Shown here in pieces: positions 10,006 through 18,654 of a DNA stretch of 32,000 nt. The notes beneath the pieces were generated by a model. It saw nothing but the letters and a program-made list of their open reading frames with translations. It did no database searches and was not told where the DNA came from. The stretch is from Promethearchaeum syntrophicum (GTDB taxonomy: Archaea > Asgardarchaeota > Lokiarchaeia > Sigyniarchaeales > Promethearchaeaceae): the NCBI RefSeq assembly GCF_008000775.2, contig NZ_CP042905.2, forward strand, positions 3,450,001-3,482,000, read 5' to 3'. The position numbers and the translations under genes were made by a program. Position 1 is the stretch's first letter. Each line of letters starts with the position of its first letter.

Positions 10006-10025
10006 GTAAAAAAGTTGCTTTTTGT
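10006..10025. promoter_or_regulatory. shared intergenic motif, copy 2 (partial inverted repeat)
   Basis: gtaaaaaagttgctttttgt; 49 nt upstream of the signal-peptide ATG at 9957 and just downstream of the SDR stop. Confidence 0.5.
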
Positions 10026-10062
10026 TAGCATTTTCAAAAAAAAGTAGTTTTATCATCAATTA

Positions 10063-10902
10063 TTATTTTCCAAGACGTTTACGTGCTTTTTTGTAATCTC
10101 CATCCATGAACCATCTAACAAGTCTAGGTAAATAACGATACAATAACCAAACCATCTTTGCTTCTCCTGGAAGAATATTATACTTTTTTTTTCTTATACC
10201 CTTGATAAAAACTTTAGCAACTTCTTCAGCACTAAGCAATTTTACGGTTTCCGATAATATTTTACACTCTTCTGGTTTAGTTTCATTCTCCTTTGCCATT
10301 CCGGGAGTGTCTGTGTCGGGAGGATAAAGAATTGAAAATCCAATATTAAATGGTTTTAATTCATGTCGTAGGGCTTCTGTTAAACCTACTATCGCAAATT
10401 TTGAGGGGCAGTAAGTAGCATAACTCATCATCCCGAAATATCCCATCATTGAACTTGTATTGGCGATGAAACCGCGTTTTTCTTTCATAAAATAAGGAAG
10501 AAGTGTTAAGATCGGAACTAATTGACCATAATAATTAACATCCATATTTCTCTTAAAATCATCCAAAGTTAATTTCTCAATATATTGCGGATATGCATAC
10601 CCGACTAAGTTCAATAAATAATCGGGAACTCGGTGATTGTTTATAAAATCTTTAATTAATGGTTTTAGTTTAACCATATCCGTAGTATCACATGAGAAGA
10701 ATTCAACAAATTGTGATTCTATGACTTTTAATTGATTTAATTCTTCTGCAACAGTTTTTAATACCTCCATATCACGTGCAATAATAAGCACACTTCCACC
10801 CATTTTTACAATAAGTTTTGAAGTTTCTTCTCCCATTCCCTTAGATCCTCCACAAATTATCGCAATTTTATCTTTAAAATATAATTTTTCCATTGTTACC
10901 AT
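10063..10902 (-). CDS. short-chain dehydrogenase/reductase with 3-ketodihydrosphingosine reductase (KDSR/TSC10)-like signature
   Basis: GGSKGMGEETS nucleotide-binding glycine motif, catalytic S..YCPSK (YxxxK), and LYPPDTDTPGMAKENETKPEECKILSE. Confidence 0.85.
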   Translation of the reverse strand: MVTMEKLYFKDKIAIICGGSKGMGEETSKLIVKMGGSVLIIARDMEVLKTVAEELNQLKVIESQFVEFFSCDTTDMVKLKPLIKDFINNHRVPDYLLNLVGYAYPQYIEKLTLDDFKRNMDVNYYGQLVPILTLLPYFMKEKRGFIANTSSMMGYFGMMSYATYCPSKFAIVGLTEALRHELKPFNIGFSILYPPDTDTPGMAKENETKPEECKILSETVKLLSAEEVAKVFIKGIRKKKYNILPGEAKMVWLLYRYLPRLVRWFMDGDYKKARKRLGK

Positions 10903-10953
10903 CTTCTATTACGTTATTTTTTTATTAAAAAAACAGTAAAATAAACAAAAAAA

Positions 10954-11349
10954 CTAAAATAACCCCCAAGCAAAAATCATGAATAATGGCCCAAAAATAA
11001 TGCAAACAAGGTTTATGAATAAATTCATGATTGTATCACCAATATTTGTTGTGTAACCCCCGTTTTGAATGTTGAAAGAGATATCAAGCAAACCTAAAAA
11101 GAGTAACGCACTACCCGATGTAATTGTAAAAAATATTCCATAAGGTTGTTCCGATAAAAGACCGATCGCGGCTATGAGCAAACTTGGAGTTGCCCATCCT
11201 AAATCAGGAACTGGAAACGATCGTTCGAACCCTAAATAAACTTTGGATTTCTCGGGATTCTTATTTTCTACTAAAAAAAAATAAATCCAAAAACCGATTA
11301 AACCTACTCCAATTAAAATCTCAAATATTGCAATTAAAGTACTATTCAA
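10954..11349 (-). CDS. hypothetical membrane protein (about 4 TM)
   Basis: 131 aa hydrophobic ORF, ATG start. Confidence 0.65.
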   Translation of the reverse strand: MNSTLIAIFEILIGVGLIGFWIYFFLVENKNPEKSKVYLGFERSFPVPDLGWATPSLLIAAIGLLSEQPYGIFFTITSGSALLFLGLLDISFNIQNGGYTTNIGDTIMNLFINLVCIIFGPLFMIFAWGLF

Positions 11350-11407
11350 ATTTCATATCACCATATAAAATTCTGATAATGATCAATAAAAAAATTTATT
11401 TATCAAA

Positions 11408-12064
11408 TTAAGTTCGACGTTGTTGTTTCAATTTTTTAATTTCCTTTTCCAAGTCATCAATTTGTGCTTCTGCATTCACACCTGAAGGAACACTTGGAAG
11501 TGAAATTCCAGATTCTACACTCAATTCTGAATCAACTTCTGCGAGAGCTAAATTCACTTCATCATCAGTAACTCCAGTTGAAGATGCATCATCCGTAATT
11601 TCGAGTTGTTCTGAAGTTTCCCCGAACATAGACTCCATTGAACCGAACCCTAAATCCATTTCAGATAAGAGCTGCGCAATTTCAGGCATTTTTACTTGTT
11701 CTTGTAACCCTTGTAGAGTTCCTACAATATCTTCTGCAACTTTAGAAAATTGCCCCATAGCTTTTGCCTGTTCTAATCGATATTGAACTCCTTCCATCCT
11801 CACGCGAAAGTTTTCGGTAGAATGAGCCCATTTTCTATATTGTAATGAATTTTTCATATGAAGTTTTGAACCGGCAATATCCCCATTTTTTCGGGCAGTA
11901 ATTGCTTTTTTCTTTGCTGTGCGTTCTTGAATCTCCATTTTTCCAATTTGACGGGCCAGACGTTTGTTAAAAACTTTGATTTTTATCAAAGGAGATGTTT
12001 CATTATTTTTCTGATACCCTCCACTTAACCACGTCGCAAAATTTTTCAAAGAGCCGATTATCAT
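11408..12064 (-). CDS. ESCRT-III (Snf7/Vps2/Vps24-family) protein, paralogue A
   Basis: From ATG at 12064: MIIGSLKNFATWLSGGYQ...KIKVFNKRLARQIGKMEIQERTAKKKAITARKNGDIAGSKLHMKNSLQYRKWAHSTENFRVRMEGVQYRLEQAKAM...; acidic C-terminus ending DDLEKEIKKLKQQRR (MIM1-like). Track start is 12097. Confidence 0.88.
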   Translation of the reverse strand: MIIGSLKNFATWLSGGYQKNNETSPLIKIKVFNKRLARQIGKMEIQERTAKKKAITARKNGDIAGSKLHMKNSLQYRKWAHSTENFRVRMEGVQYRLEQAKAMGQFSKVAEDIVGTLQGLQEQVKMPEIAQLLSEMDLGFGSMESMFGETSEQLEITDDASSTGVTDDEVNLALAEVDSELSVESGISLPSVPSGVNAEAQIDDLEKEIKKLKQQRRT

Positions 12065-12145
12065 TCCCTTCCTTTTTTTCTTAATTACCAGTGTCAATAA
12101 AAAAAAATATTATTAACCTAATATAATGTTGTGATTGAAAATATA

Positions 12146-13948
12146 TTATTTAATGCTTTCCAGCTCATTCAAAAAATATTCATATTGCTTCATACCTAGT
12201 TCCCAAAATTCAGGTTTTGTTATATCAAACCCAATAATCTCTCCAATTTCTTTAGGAGATAAGGAACTTCCTGCTGACATAATCTTCTTGAATTTGATGA
12301 TAAATTCCGCTCCTTCCTTTTTATAGATCTGATATAACGCATACACAAACAATTGTGCGTATACATAAGGATAATTATAAAATCGAAAATTAGGTAGATA
12401 ATAGTGAGGTGTCTTTGCCCATTGCCATCGCATTTCATCGAACCAACTTACACTATCCCCAAAAATTCTATTTCTAGCATTACACCATAATTTTGCAATT
12501 GTTTCTCCATCTAAATGCTCTCCATTTTCAATAGAATCATAAAGGGTTTTTTCGAAAAATACACGGGCTGACACAAAGAAGACCCCCATCCCTGCTTCAT
12601 CTAATATATGAGCGAGAATTGAACGTTTTTCTGAATTCGATAGAGAAGGGTCATTTAGAAAGAGGTCAGTCATAAGCAATTCACCAAAAATTGAAGCGGT
12701 CTCCGCCACCACCATTGAAATATCAGTATTCAAGTAAGAGTTATTTTTCGTGCAGTAATAAGCATGAATTGCGTGTCCTAACTCATGAGCGAGGGTATAT
12801 TCACTATTCAAATCTTCACTATATGATGTAAGAATGAATGCAGAACGACCTTTAAACCATGTTGAGCAAAATGCCCCATTACTCTTCCCGTATCTTGGAC
12901 TTGCATCGATGTGAGTTTTATTATACATATCCTCTACAATCGTCTTAAATTCTTCATCAACATTTCCATAACCTTTGAGTATTTGATCTTTCGCAGATTC
13001 CCAATCAATTTTTTTATGAGTTAAGTCAGAAAGAGGTGCCATTATATCTTCACACCCTAATTTTGGTAAATTCATTAGAGAGGCTTTTTGATCCAAATAT
13101 CTTCGATATAATCCGACATTGCTCTCAATAGTTTTCATTAAATTATCTACAGTTGATTGATCAAGGTCATTGGCAATTAAACTCTGATGCATTGTATTAC
13201 TAAATTTCCTTCTCTTTGATGTATTTAACCAGTCACCACAAACATTTCGAAGAGCTGATGAGAAAATATCGTTTTCTTTCCCTATTAATCCATAAATCCC
13301 TTTAAAACAAGAAGTTCGTGTTTTTCTGTCGGGATGGGTTAAAAATGCTACTGCTTTACCGTAAGGGAGGGTTTTCAATTCTCCTTTTACTTCAAAATTT
13401 ATCATTCTAGTGTTTAACCATGATCCATGAATTTGACTCCAAGCTTCCACTCCAAACTGATCTTTTTCAAGAATTAATTGCTCTACGCTTTCAGATAGCT
13501 GATGTGGATATAGACGTAATATAATTTCAAGATGATGCTTATAATTAGCAAGAATAGGATCTGTAATTAGATTTTGATGTTCAAAAACATATTTACCGAT
13601 TTCGAGTGAAAGAAAGGCAATTTTCTTATTTAAATCTGTTAAAAAGCTTGTAATCTTAGTATGTAATTCTTGATTTTCAGGCAATGTCATATTAGCAGCA
13701 AAAGAAAGCTCAGAAAATTGCCTAAGTTCAGAAAACTCAACAAGAAAACTTTCTTCTTCTTGGAATAGATTCAGCAAATCAGTAGCAGTGAAATCTGGAA
13801 CGTTTATTTTGCCTTTGTATTTTAATACTAAATTATCTGTCATTTCTATAAGATTTTTTCGCGCAACTGCAATTTTTGGATGATTTGGATCGGGAAAAAG
13901 TTTGGTCAAATCCCATGCAATTTCATTTTCTAAATTTTCTGATTTCAT
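12146..13948 (-). CDS. pepF: M3-family oligoendopeptidase F
   Basis: 600 aa; zinc metalloprotease motif YTLAHELGHAIHAYY (HExxH); C-terminal FRFYNYPYVYAQLFVYALYQIYKKEG typical of M3B peptidases. Confidence 0.93.
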   Translation of the reverse strand: MKSENLENEIAWDLTKLFPDPNHPKIAVARKNLIEMTDNLVLKYKGKINVPDFTATDLLNLFQEEESFLVEFSELRQFSELSFAANMTLPENQELHTKITSFLTDLNKKIAFLSLEIGKYVFEHQNLITDPILANYKHHLEIILRLYPHQLSESVEQLILEKDQFGVEAWSQIHGSWLNTRMINFEVKGELKTLPYGKAVAFLTHPDRKTRTSCFKGIYGLIGKENDIFSSALRNVCGDWLNTSKRRKFSNTMHQSLIANDLDQSTVDNLMKTIESNVGLYRRYLDQKASLMNLPKLGCEDIMAPLSDLTHKKIDWESAKDQILKGYGNVDEEFKTIVEDMYNKTHIDASPRYGKSNGAFCSTWFKGRSAFILTSYSEDLNSEYTLAHELGHAIHAYYCTKNNSYLNTDISMVVAETASIFGELLMTDLFLNDPSLSNSEKRSILAHILDEAGMGVFFVSARVFFEKTLYDSIENGEHLDGETIAKLWCNARNRIFGDSVSWFDEMRWQWAKTPHYYLPNFRFYNYPYVYAQLFVYALYQIYKKEGAEFIIKFKKIMSAGSSLSPKEIGEIIGFDITKPEFWELGMKQYEYFLNELESIK

Positions 13949-14059
13949 TGATATTCACCTAACTACCTAGCTTATTTTATCTTACTATAAGAATTTTTTA
14001 GAAGGTATTTACTCCTAATAAATAAGTAAAATTTTATAAAAAAAAAAAATTGGTTCAAT

Positions 14060-14713
14060 ATGGGTTCAATAAAACGTTTTGCAGGTTGGTTAAGCGGTGA
14101 CCGAAGAAAAGGTGGATCAGATCCGGTGCGATCAACGATAACTAGCCTTAAGATATTCAATAAAAGACTCCAGAGACAAATACGGAAGATGGAGTCACAA
14201 GGAAAGCTAGCCAAGAAAAAAGCAATTGAGAGAAGGAAAGCAGGAGATATCCCCGGGTCCAGACTTCATATGAAATCATGTTTGCAATTTACCAAATGGT
14301 CTCATTCAACCGAGAATTTCAGAGTTCGGCTTGATGGAGTTCAATTTAAGCTCGAACAAGCGAAAGCGATGAATGATTTTTCGGGTGTTGCACAAGAAAT
14401 TGTTGGTGTTTTGGGTGAACTTCAAAACACAGTAAAAGCACCAGAATTAGGAAAAATTCTTTCTCAATTAGATTTGGGATTTGGAAATATGGAGTCAATG
14501 TTTTCAGAAACCTCTGAACAACTCGAGATTTCAGATGATGCATCCGCTTCTGGTGTGTCGGACGAAGAGGTGGATATGGCTCTTGCTGAAGTTGACGCAG
14601 AATTATCTTTAGATACGCGAGAAGCTTTACCTTCAGTTCCCGGCTTAGCTGACACTGGTGAAATTTCCGATTTAGAAAAAGAAATAGCCCGATTAAAATC
14701 ACAAAGAGATTAA
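14060..14713 (+). CDS. ESCRT-III (Snf7/Vps2/Vps24-family) protein, paralogue B
   Basis: MGSIKRFAGWLSGDRRKGG...SLKIFNKRLQRQIRKMESQGKLAKKKAIERRKAGDIPGSRLHMKSCLQFTKWSHSTENFRVRLDGVQFKLEQAKAM; C-terminal ISDLEKEIARLKSQR; collinear with paralogue A. Confidence 0.9.
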   Translation: MGSIKRFAGWLSGDRRKGGSDPVRSTITSLKIFNKRLQRQIRKMESQGKLAKKKAIERRKAGDIPGSRLHMKSCLQFTKWSHSTENFRVRLDGVQFKLEQAKAMNDFSGVAQEIVGVLGELQNTVKAPELGKILSQLDLGFGNMESMFSETSEQLEISDDASASGVSDEEVDMALAEVDAELSLDTREALPSVPGLADTGEISDLEKEIARLKSQRD

Positions 14714-14740
14714 ATTCAAATATATAATAAAAAAGTTTTT

Positions 14741-16423
14741 TTATTTCTTTACTTCTTCTGCAATAGCTACTAGTTCGTTATCTCCAATTTCAAATTCCCT
14801 AAAGATAACCCTACGAATTTGGCCATTTTTGCAAACAACATTATTTGCTTGGTGCTCTACAGTTCCACCTTTTAATTTTTCCCAGTATTCATTAACTTTG
14901 TCGCGATACACAGGATCAGGGTATGCATTCTTCATCCAAGCTACATCATTGGGGGTGTCTTCAAGTGTATATCCAAACATTTCAACAAATTTTGGATTCA
15001 AATATAGGCGAACACCTTTTTTATTGGAAATTGCAAAAGGTAGGGGAAATTTTTCAGCTAAATTCATGAATCTTCGTTGACTATTATGTAATTCAATTTG
15101 TCCCTTTTTTTGATCTGAAATATCAGTGACGATACCAGCTATATGTGTAGGTTCATTGTTTCTATTACGAACTAAGAAAATATTAATTAGGGTTTCAACA
15201 ATTTTCCCATTTATTCCAATTAATGGAATTTCACCCATCCAAATCTCCTCTTGGAGTAAGATGGGATTAATTTGTTTCTCTATTATTTCATAGTATTTTT
15301 CTGAGGTAATTTCTTTCCAGTTTTTTCCTTCGAATGAATTTGATGGATCATAGCCAAGTAATCGCTTCAAAGCTTGATTGGCATACCTAATTTCTCCCTT
15401 GAAATTACACATAATAAAACCAATTCCAGAGGTTTCGATTGCTTTATTAAAAAAATCAAGTCTGCTTTGCACAATCCTCTTATCTTCTTGAATTTTGAGA
15501 TGACTAAACACATTAGATAGCAAATCAGCAATTGTTTGAAGTAGTTTAATATCTAGGCTGCTCCAAATGATCTCCTCAGATTCACTTATTAAACTTAAAA
15601 AACCAACGAAATAATCTTTTTTTATCATTGGCATGATCAACAAGGATTTTAATGGATTTTTGGAGAGTATATTCGTCAAGGGGGCGATTTTTTCCGGTAA
15701 ATCGGATAATTTTGACACATAGATTTTGTTCTTTTCTTTTATCAGATTCGAAAGCCATACAAAATCCTGGTCACTCAATTCGTGCATTTTATTTGGGTTA
15801 GAGTCTACATTTTTCGCATTCCATTCATTGAACTTTATTAATTTTGAAGAGTTATAATCAAAAAGAAAAACGGAACATCTATCACTATTTACAAAAACTC
15901 CCACGTTAGCGAGGGTATTTAAGATCTTTTCTTCAATCAAATCAGGGGTCTGAGATATATCCATAAAACTCGCAGAAATCTCTGCAATTAATTTTTCCAT
16001 CGCAATTCGATGTCTTAATTCCAATTGGATATATCTTCTCGATGTTACATCCTCACCAAAATAGATTACCCCTATAATTTCATCTCCATCTTTTAATAGA
16101 TCGTGAAACCAACGAATAATCCTACGTTCAGAATTATTACAAATAACGAAACACTCTTCAACAGGTTGGTTAATTTTACCCGAGATTGAGGATTCAAATT
16201 CCATTTCAAGTTTTTTTCGCTCAGGTTCATATATAAAATTTTCAAACCAATTTTTTCCAATCGGTGATAAATTGTCATTCAAAATATAGCATCCATTTGG
16301 ATTCATATATGCGATTTCTTTATTTAAATCCAATGCAACCAAAATAAATCCCGGAACATTAGCAAAAGTTATAGATTTAGAGATTATATCCATTATTTTT
16401 TGATTTGGGTTAATTTCCCCCAT
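14741..16423 (-). CDS. multi-sensor PAS/GAF protein without an obvious output domain
   Basis: 560 aa; PAS (LNKEIAYMNPNGCYILNDN...GEDVTSRRYIQ), GAF-like central part (DISQTPDLIEEKILNTLANVGVFVNSDRCSVFLFD...LKLLQTIADLLSNVF), PAS (ETSGIGFIMCNFKGEIRYANQALKRLLG), PAS (PFAISNKKGVRLYLNPKFVEMFGYTLED). No H-box/HATPase or EAL/GGDEF seen. Confidence 0.82.
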   Translation of the reverse strand: MGEINPNQKIMDIISKSITFANVPGFILVALDLNKEIAYMNPNGCYILNDNLSPIGKNWFENFIYEPERKKLEMEFESSISGKINQPVEECFVICNNSERRIIRWFHDLLKDGDEIIGVIYFGEDVTSRRYIQLELRHRIAMEKLIAEISASFMDISQTPDLIEEKILNTLANVGVFVNSDRCSVFLFDYNSSKLIKFNEWNAKNVDSNPNKMHELSDQDFVWLSNLIKEKNKIYVSKLSDLPEKIAPLTNILSKNPLKSLLIMPMIKKDYFVGFLSLISESEEIIWSSLDIKLLQTIADLLSNVFSHLKIQEDKRIVQSRLDFFNKAIETSGIGFIMCNFKGEIRYANQALKRLLGYDPSNSFEGKNWKEITSEKYYEIIEKQINPILLQEEIWMGEIPLIGINGKIVETLINIFLVRNRNNEPTHIAGIVTDISDQKKGQIELHNSQRRFMNLAEKFPLPFAISNKKGVRLYLNPKFVEMFGYTLEDTPNDVAWMKNAYPDPVYRDKVNEYWEKLKGGTVEHQANNVVCKNGQIRRVIFREFEIGDNELVAIAEEVKK

Positions 16424-16686
16424 TTTTTATTCCCCTCTGGTATTCTAAGTAAATCAATACTTCTATTTGTGTTTGTGTTTTTTATGAAAGCTTACATTTC
16501 TTATACAAAAACTTGTTAAATAAATTTCGGATTAGAATGAAAATCAGATTTGTCAATTTTTAATTTGAGACTTCGAAAAGTATTAAGCATACAAAATTAA
16601 GGCATATTCATACATTCTATTATTTCAAGTTTAAAATGTATTTTTCTAAATCTTGTATAATAGGGTGCATGAATATTGTCGGATGA

Positions 16687-17112
16687 TTGAAAATGGGAAA
16701 AGTAAGAATACTCGGTATTATTGGCGGTTTCTTTGCTATTGTTGGAATAGTAGCAAGTTTATTTGTTGAACTTCTTGGATGGTATAATGCGGGACCTGGT
16801 GCATATGTAAATGCCATTGGTGGAGGAACTGCAGGAATAATTGCTAGTCCAATTGTTATTTTGGAATTTCTACCAGGGATTATCGCAGTTCTTGGCGCTA
16901 TTTTATGCTTTGTTCCGAAAAAAATCACGTGCTTAATCGGAGGGTTGCTAGTTATAATCGGCGCTGGTTTATTCCTATTTGGAGCAACTGCTAACTTCAG
17001 TAATTTTGGTGCCTTCTGGGTATCATCAACTGTTCATATTGGATACGGTTGGATGATTTGCGTATTTGGGGGCCTTCTTGGCTTCATCGGAACATTTGTT
17101 GGGGAAGAATAA
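16687..17112 (+). CDS. hypothetical Gly-rich 4-TM membrane protein
   Basis: 141 aa, ATG start, hydrophobic helices with GG motifs; no family recognised. Confidence 0.65.
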   Translation: MKMGKVRILGIIGGFFAIVGIVASLFVELLGWYNAGPGAYVNAIGGGTAGIIASPIVILEFLPGIIAVLGAILCFVPKKITCLIGGLLVIIGAGLFLFGATANFSNFGAFWVSSTVHIGYGWMICVFGGLLGFIGTFVGEE

Positions 17113-17178
17113 TCCAACAATTTTTTACCTTTTTTTTCTACTTATTTTAAAACCCCAAAATTCTAATTATTTGATTCT

Positions 17179-18645
17179 TTGTTAGTTTTGGATGATAATT
17201 TTTTGAAAAAACATTTATTTATATTGGGGAAAAATTGGAGGTTAGCCCTAGCAGAGATTGATTCTTATCTGCAAACACGAGATTATGCCGGGCGAATAAC
17301 AGATTATTCCTCAAATGTTGCAATAGTTGAATTTGAAAACGAAAAAATGTCCATCAAGCAAATTGGAAATTTAATGGTGTTTCTAGGTTCCGTTCAAAAA
17401 ATCGGAGAAATGATTGATTTTATCGATAGTGAGACCTTTACTGATGCTTTTCCAATAGATATAGAAAATAACAGAGCCAAAGTCTTTTCTGGAAGGCGGT
17501 ATGTTGATAATACATTAAAAGATATGGTGTATGAACTCTTTCCGAAAATTAAGAATGAAAAATTCTTTGTGGCAAATTCCATTTATCCCGCAGCATTTAA
17601 TGACCCATATTACAAAAAGAGTCTTGTTGCATATTTTTTACATTATGTAAATAAATTTTTTAACACGTATCTTAAAGAACAAGGGGCAAAACAAGCAATA
17701 TATTATCGATATCCTCAAAAAAATATTGAAAGTGGAAAATTAAACCCAATTTTTCCGCATCATTTTTTTACATACAAGCTCTATGAGCCTAATAGAGTGG
17801 AGCTTCTTTATTGTATGACCTCAGAAGGAATGTATTTTGGAAAGACGATTACAGTAGCGGACTCTAATTTTCAAAAAGAAATGGACGAAGAACGTCCTTT
17901 TAAAGAATTTAAATTTACAATCCCTCCAAAATTCGCAAAAACACTTATATCTTTTTTACAACTTGCCCCCTCAGTTAGAAATAAGAAAATTTATGATCCA
18001 TTTTGTGGATCCGGGACAATTATTCAGTTTGGGCACATGTTGGGCTATTCGGTGTATGGTTCAGATATCGAGAAAAACTACATTGAAGGAACTAGAAAAA
18101 ATATTGAATTTACCGCTCAACTTCTTGAAGAACCGATACCCCAGAAAATTTTAAAGGAGAATTTTTTTCAATCAGATATTACAGATGTTCATGAGCATTT
18201 TTCACCCGAATTCTTTGACGGTATAGTTAGTGAACCAATACTCATACCAATTTCGGACGAATTACCAGATACCGAGAAAATTGATGATTATTTGGATAGT
18301 ACAGTAATACCCATTTACAAAAAATTTTTAGAACAAGCTTATTTGTTGCTCAAACCTGGCAGAAAGTTAGCCTTTGTTTCTCCTCTCATAAAAACTAGCG
18401 ATAATCGAAGATTAAACTTGCCAATCAATAGGATGGCAGAAAAAATTGGTTTTAAATCAATTCAGTTATTAAGTACGGACCATTTACCAGAAAAAGCTAT
18501 TGAAATTGAGAATCCTTCATTTGAGCTGCACCGGAGTAAGTTTAAATCTATTTTCGATGGTAGTTCAAAAAAAATTTTAAGAGAATTCTTTCTCCTTGTA
18601 AAACCTAAAACGGGAACTAAAAGTAAATCAAAAAAAAAATATTAG
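17179..18645 (+). CDS. THUMP-like/Rossmann methyltransferase related to Trm11/TrmG10 tRNA guanosine methyltransferases
   Basis: 488 aa, TTG start; motif I region KIYDPFCGSGTIIQFGHMLGYSVYGSDIEKNYIEGTRKNIE; motif IV region FDGIVSEPILIP; KPGRKLAFVSPLIKT. Confidence 0.75.
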   Translation: MLVLDDNFLKKHLFILGKNWRLALAEIDSYLQTRDYAGRITDYSSNVAIVEFENEKMSIKQIGNLMVFLGSVQKIGEMIDFIDSETFTDAFPIDIENNRAKVFSGRRYVDNTLKDMVYELFPKIKNEKFFVANSIYPAAFNDPYYKKSLVAYFLHYVNKFFNTYLKEQGAKQAIYYRYPQKNIESGKLNPIFPHHFFTYKLYEPNRVELLYCMTSEGMYFGKTITVADSNFQKEMDEERPFKEFKFTIPPKFAKTLISFLQLAPSVRNKKIYDPFCGSGTIIQFGHMLGYSVYGSDIEKNYIEGTRKNIEFTAQLLEEPIPQKILKENFFQSDITDVHEHFSPEFFDGIVSEPILIPISDELPDTEKIDDYLDSTVIPIYKKFLEQAYLLLKPGRKLAFVSPLIKTSDNRRLNLPINRMAEKIGFKSIQLLSTDHLPEKAIEIENPSFELHRSKFKSIFDGSSKKILREFFLLVKPKTGTKSKSKKKY

Positions 18646-18654
18646 ATATCACTA

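Noticed and set aside
14346-14702. 118-aa ORF antisense to ESCRT-III paralogue B
   Set aside because: Low-complexity translation with no motif; the opposite strand encodes a clear conserved protein.
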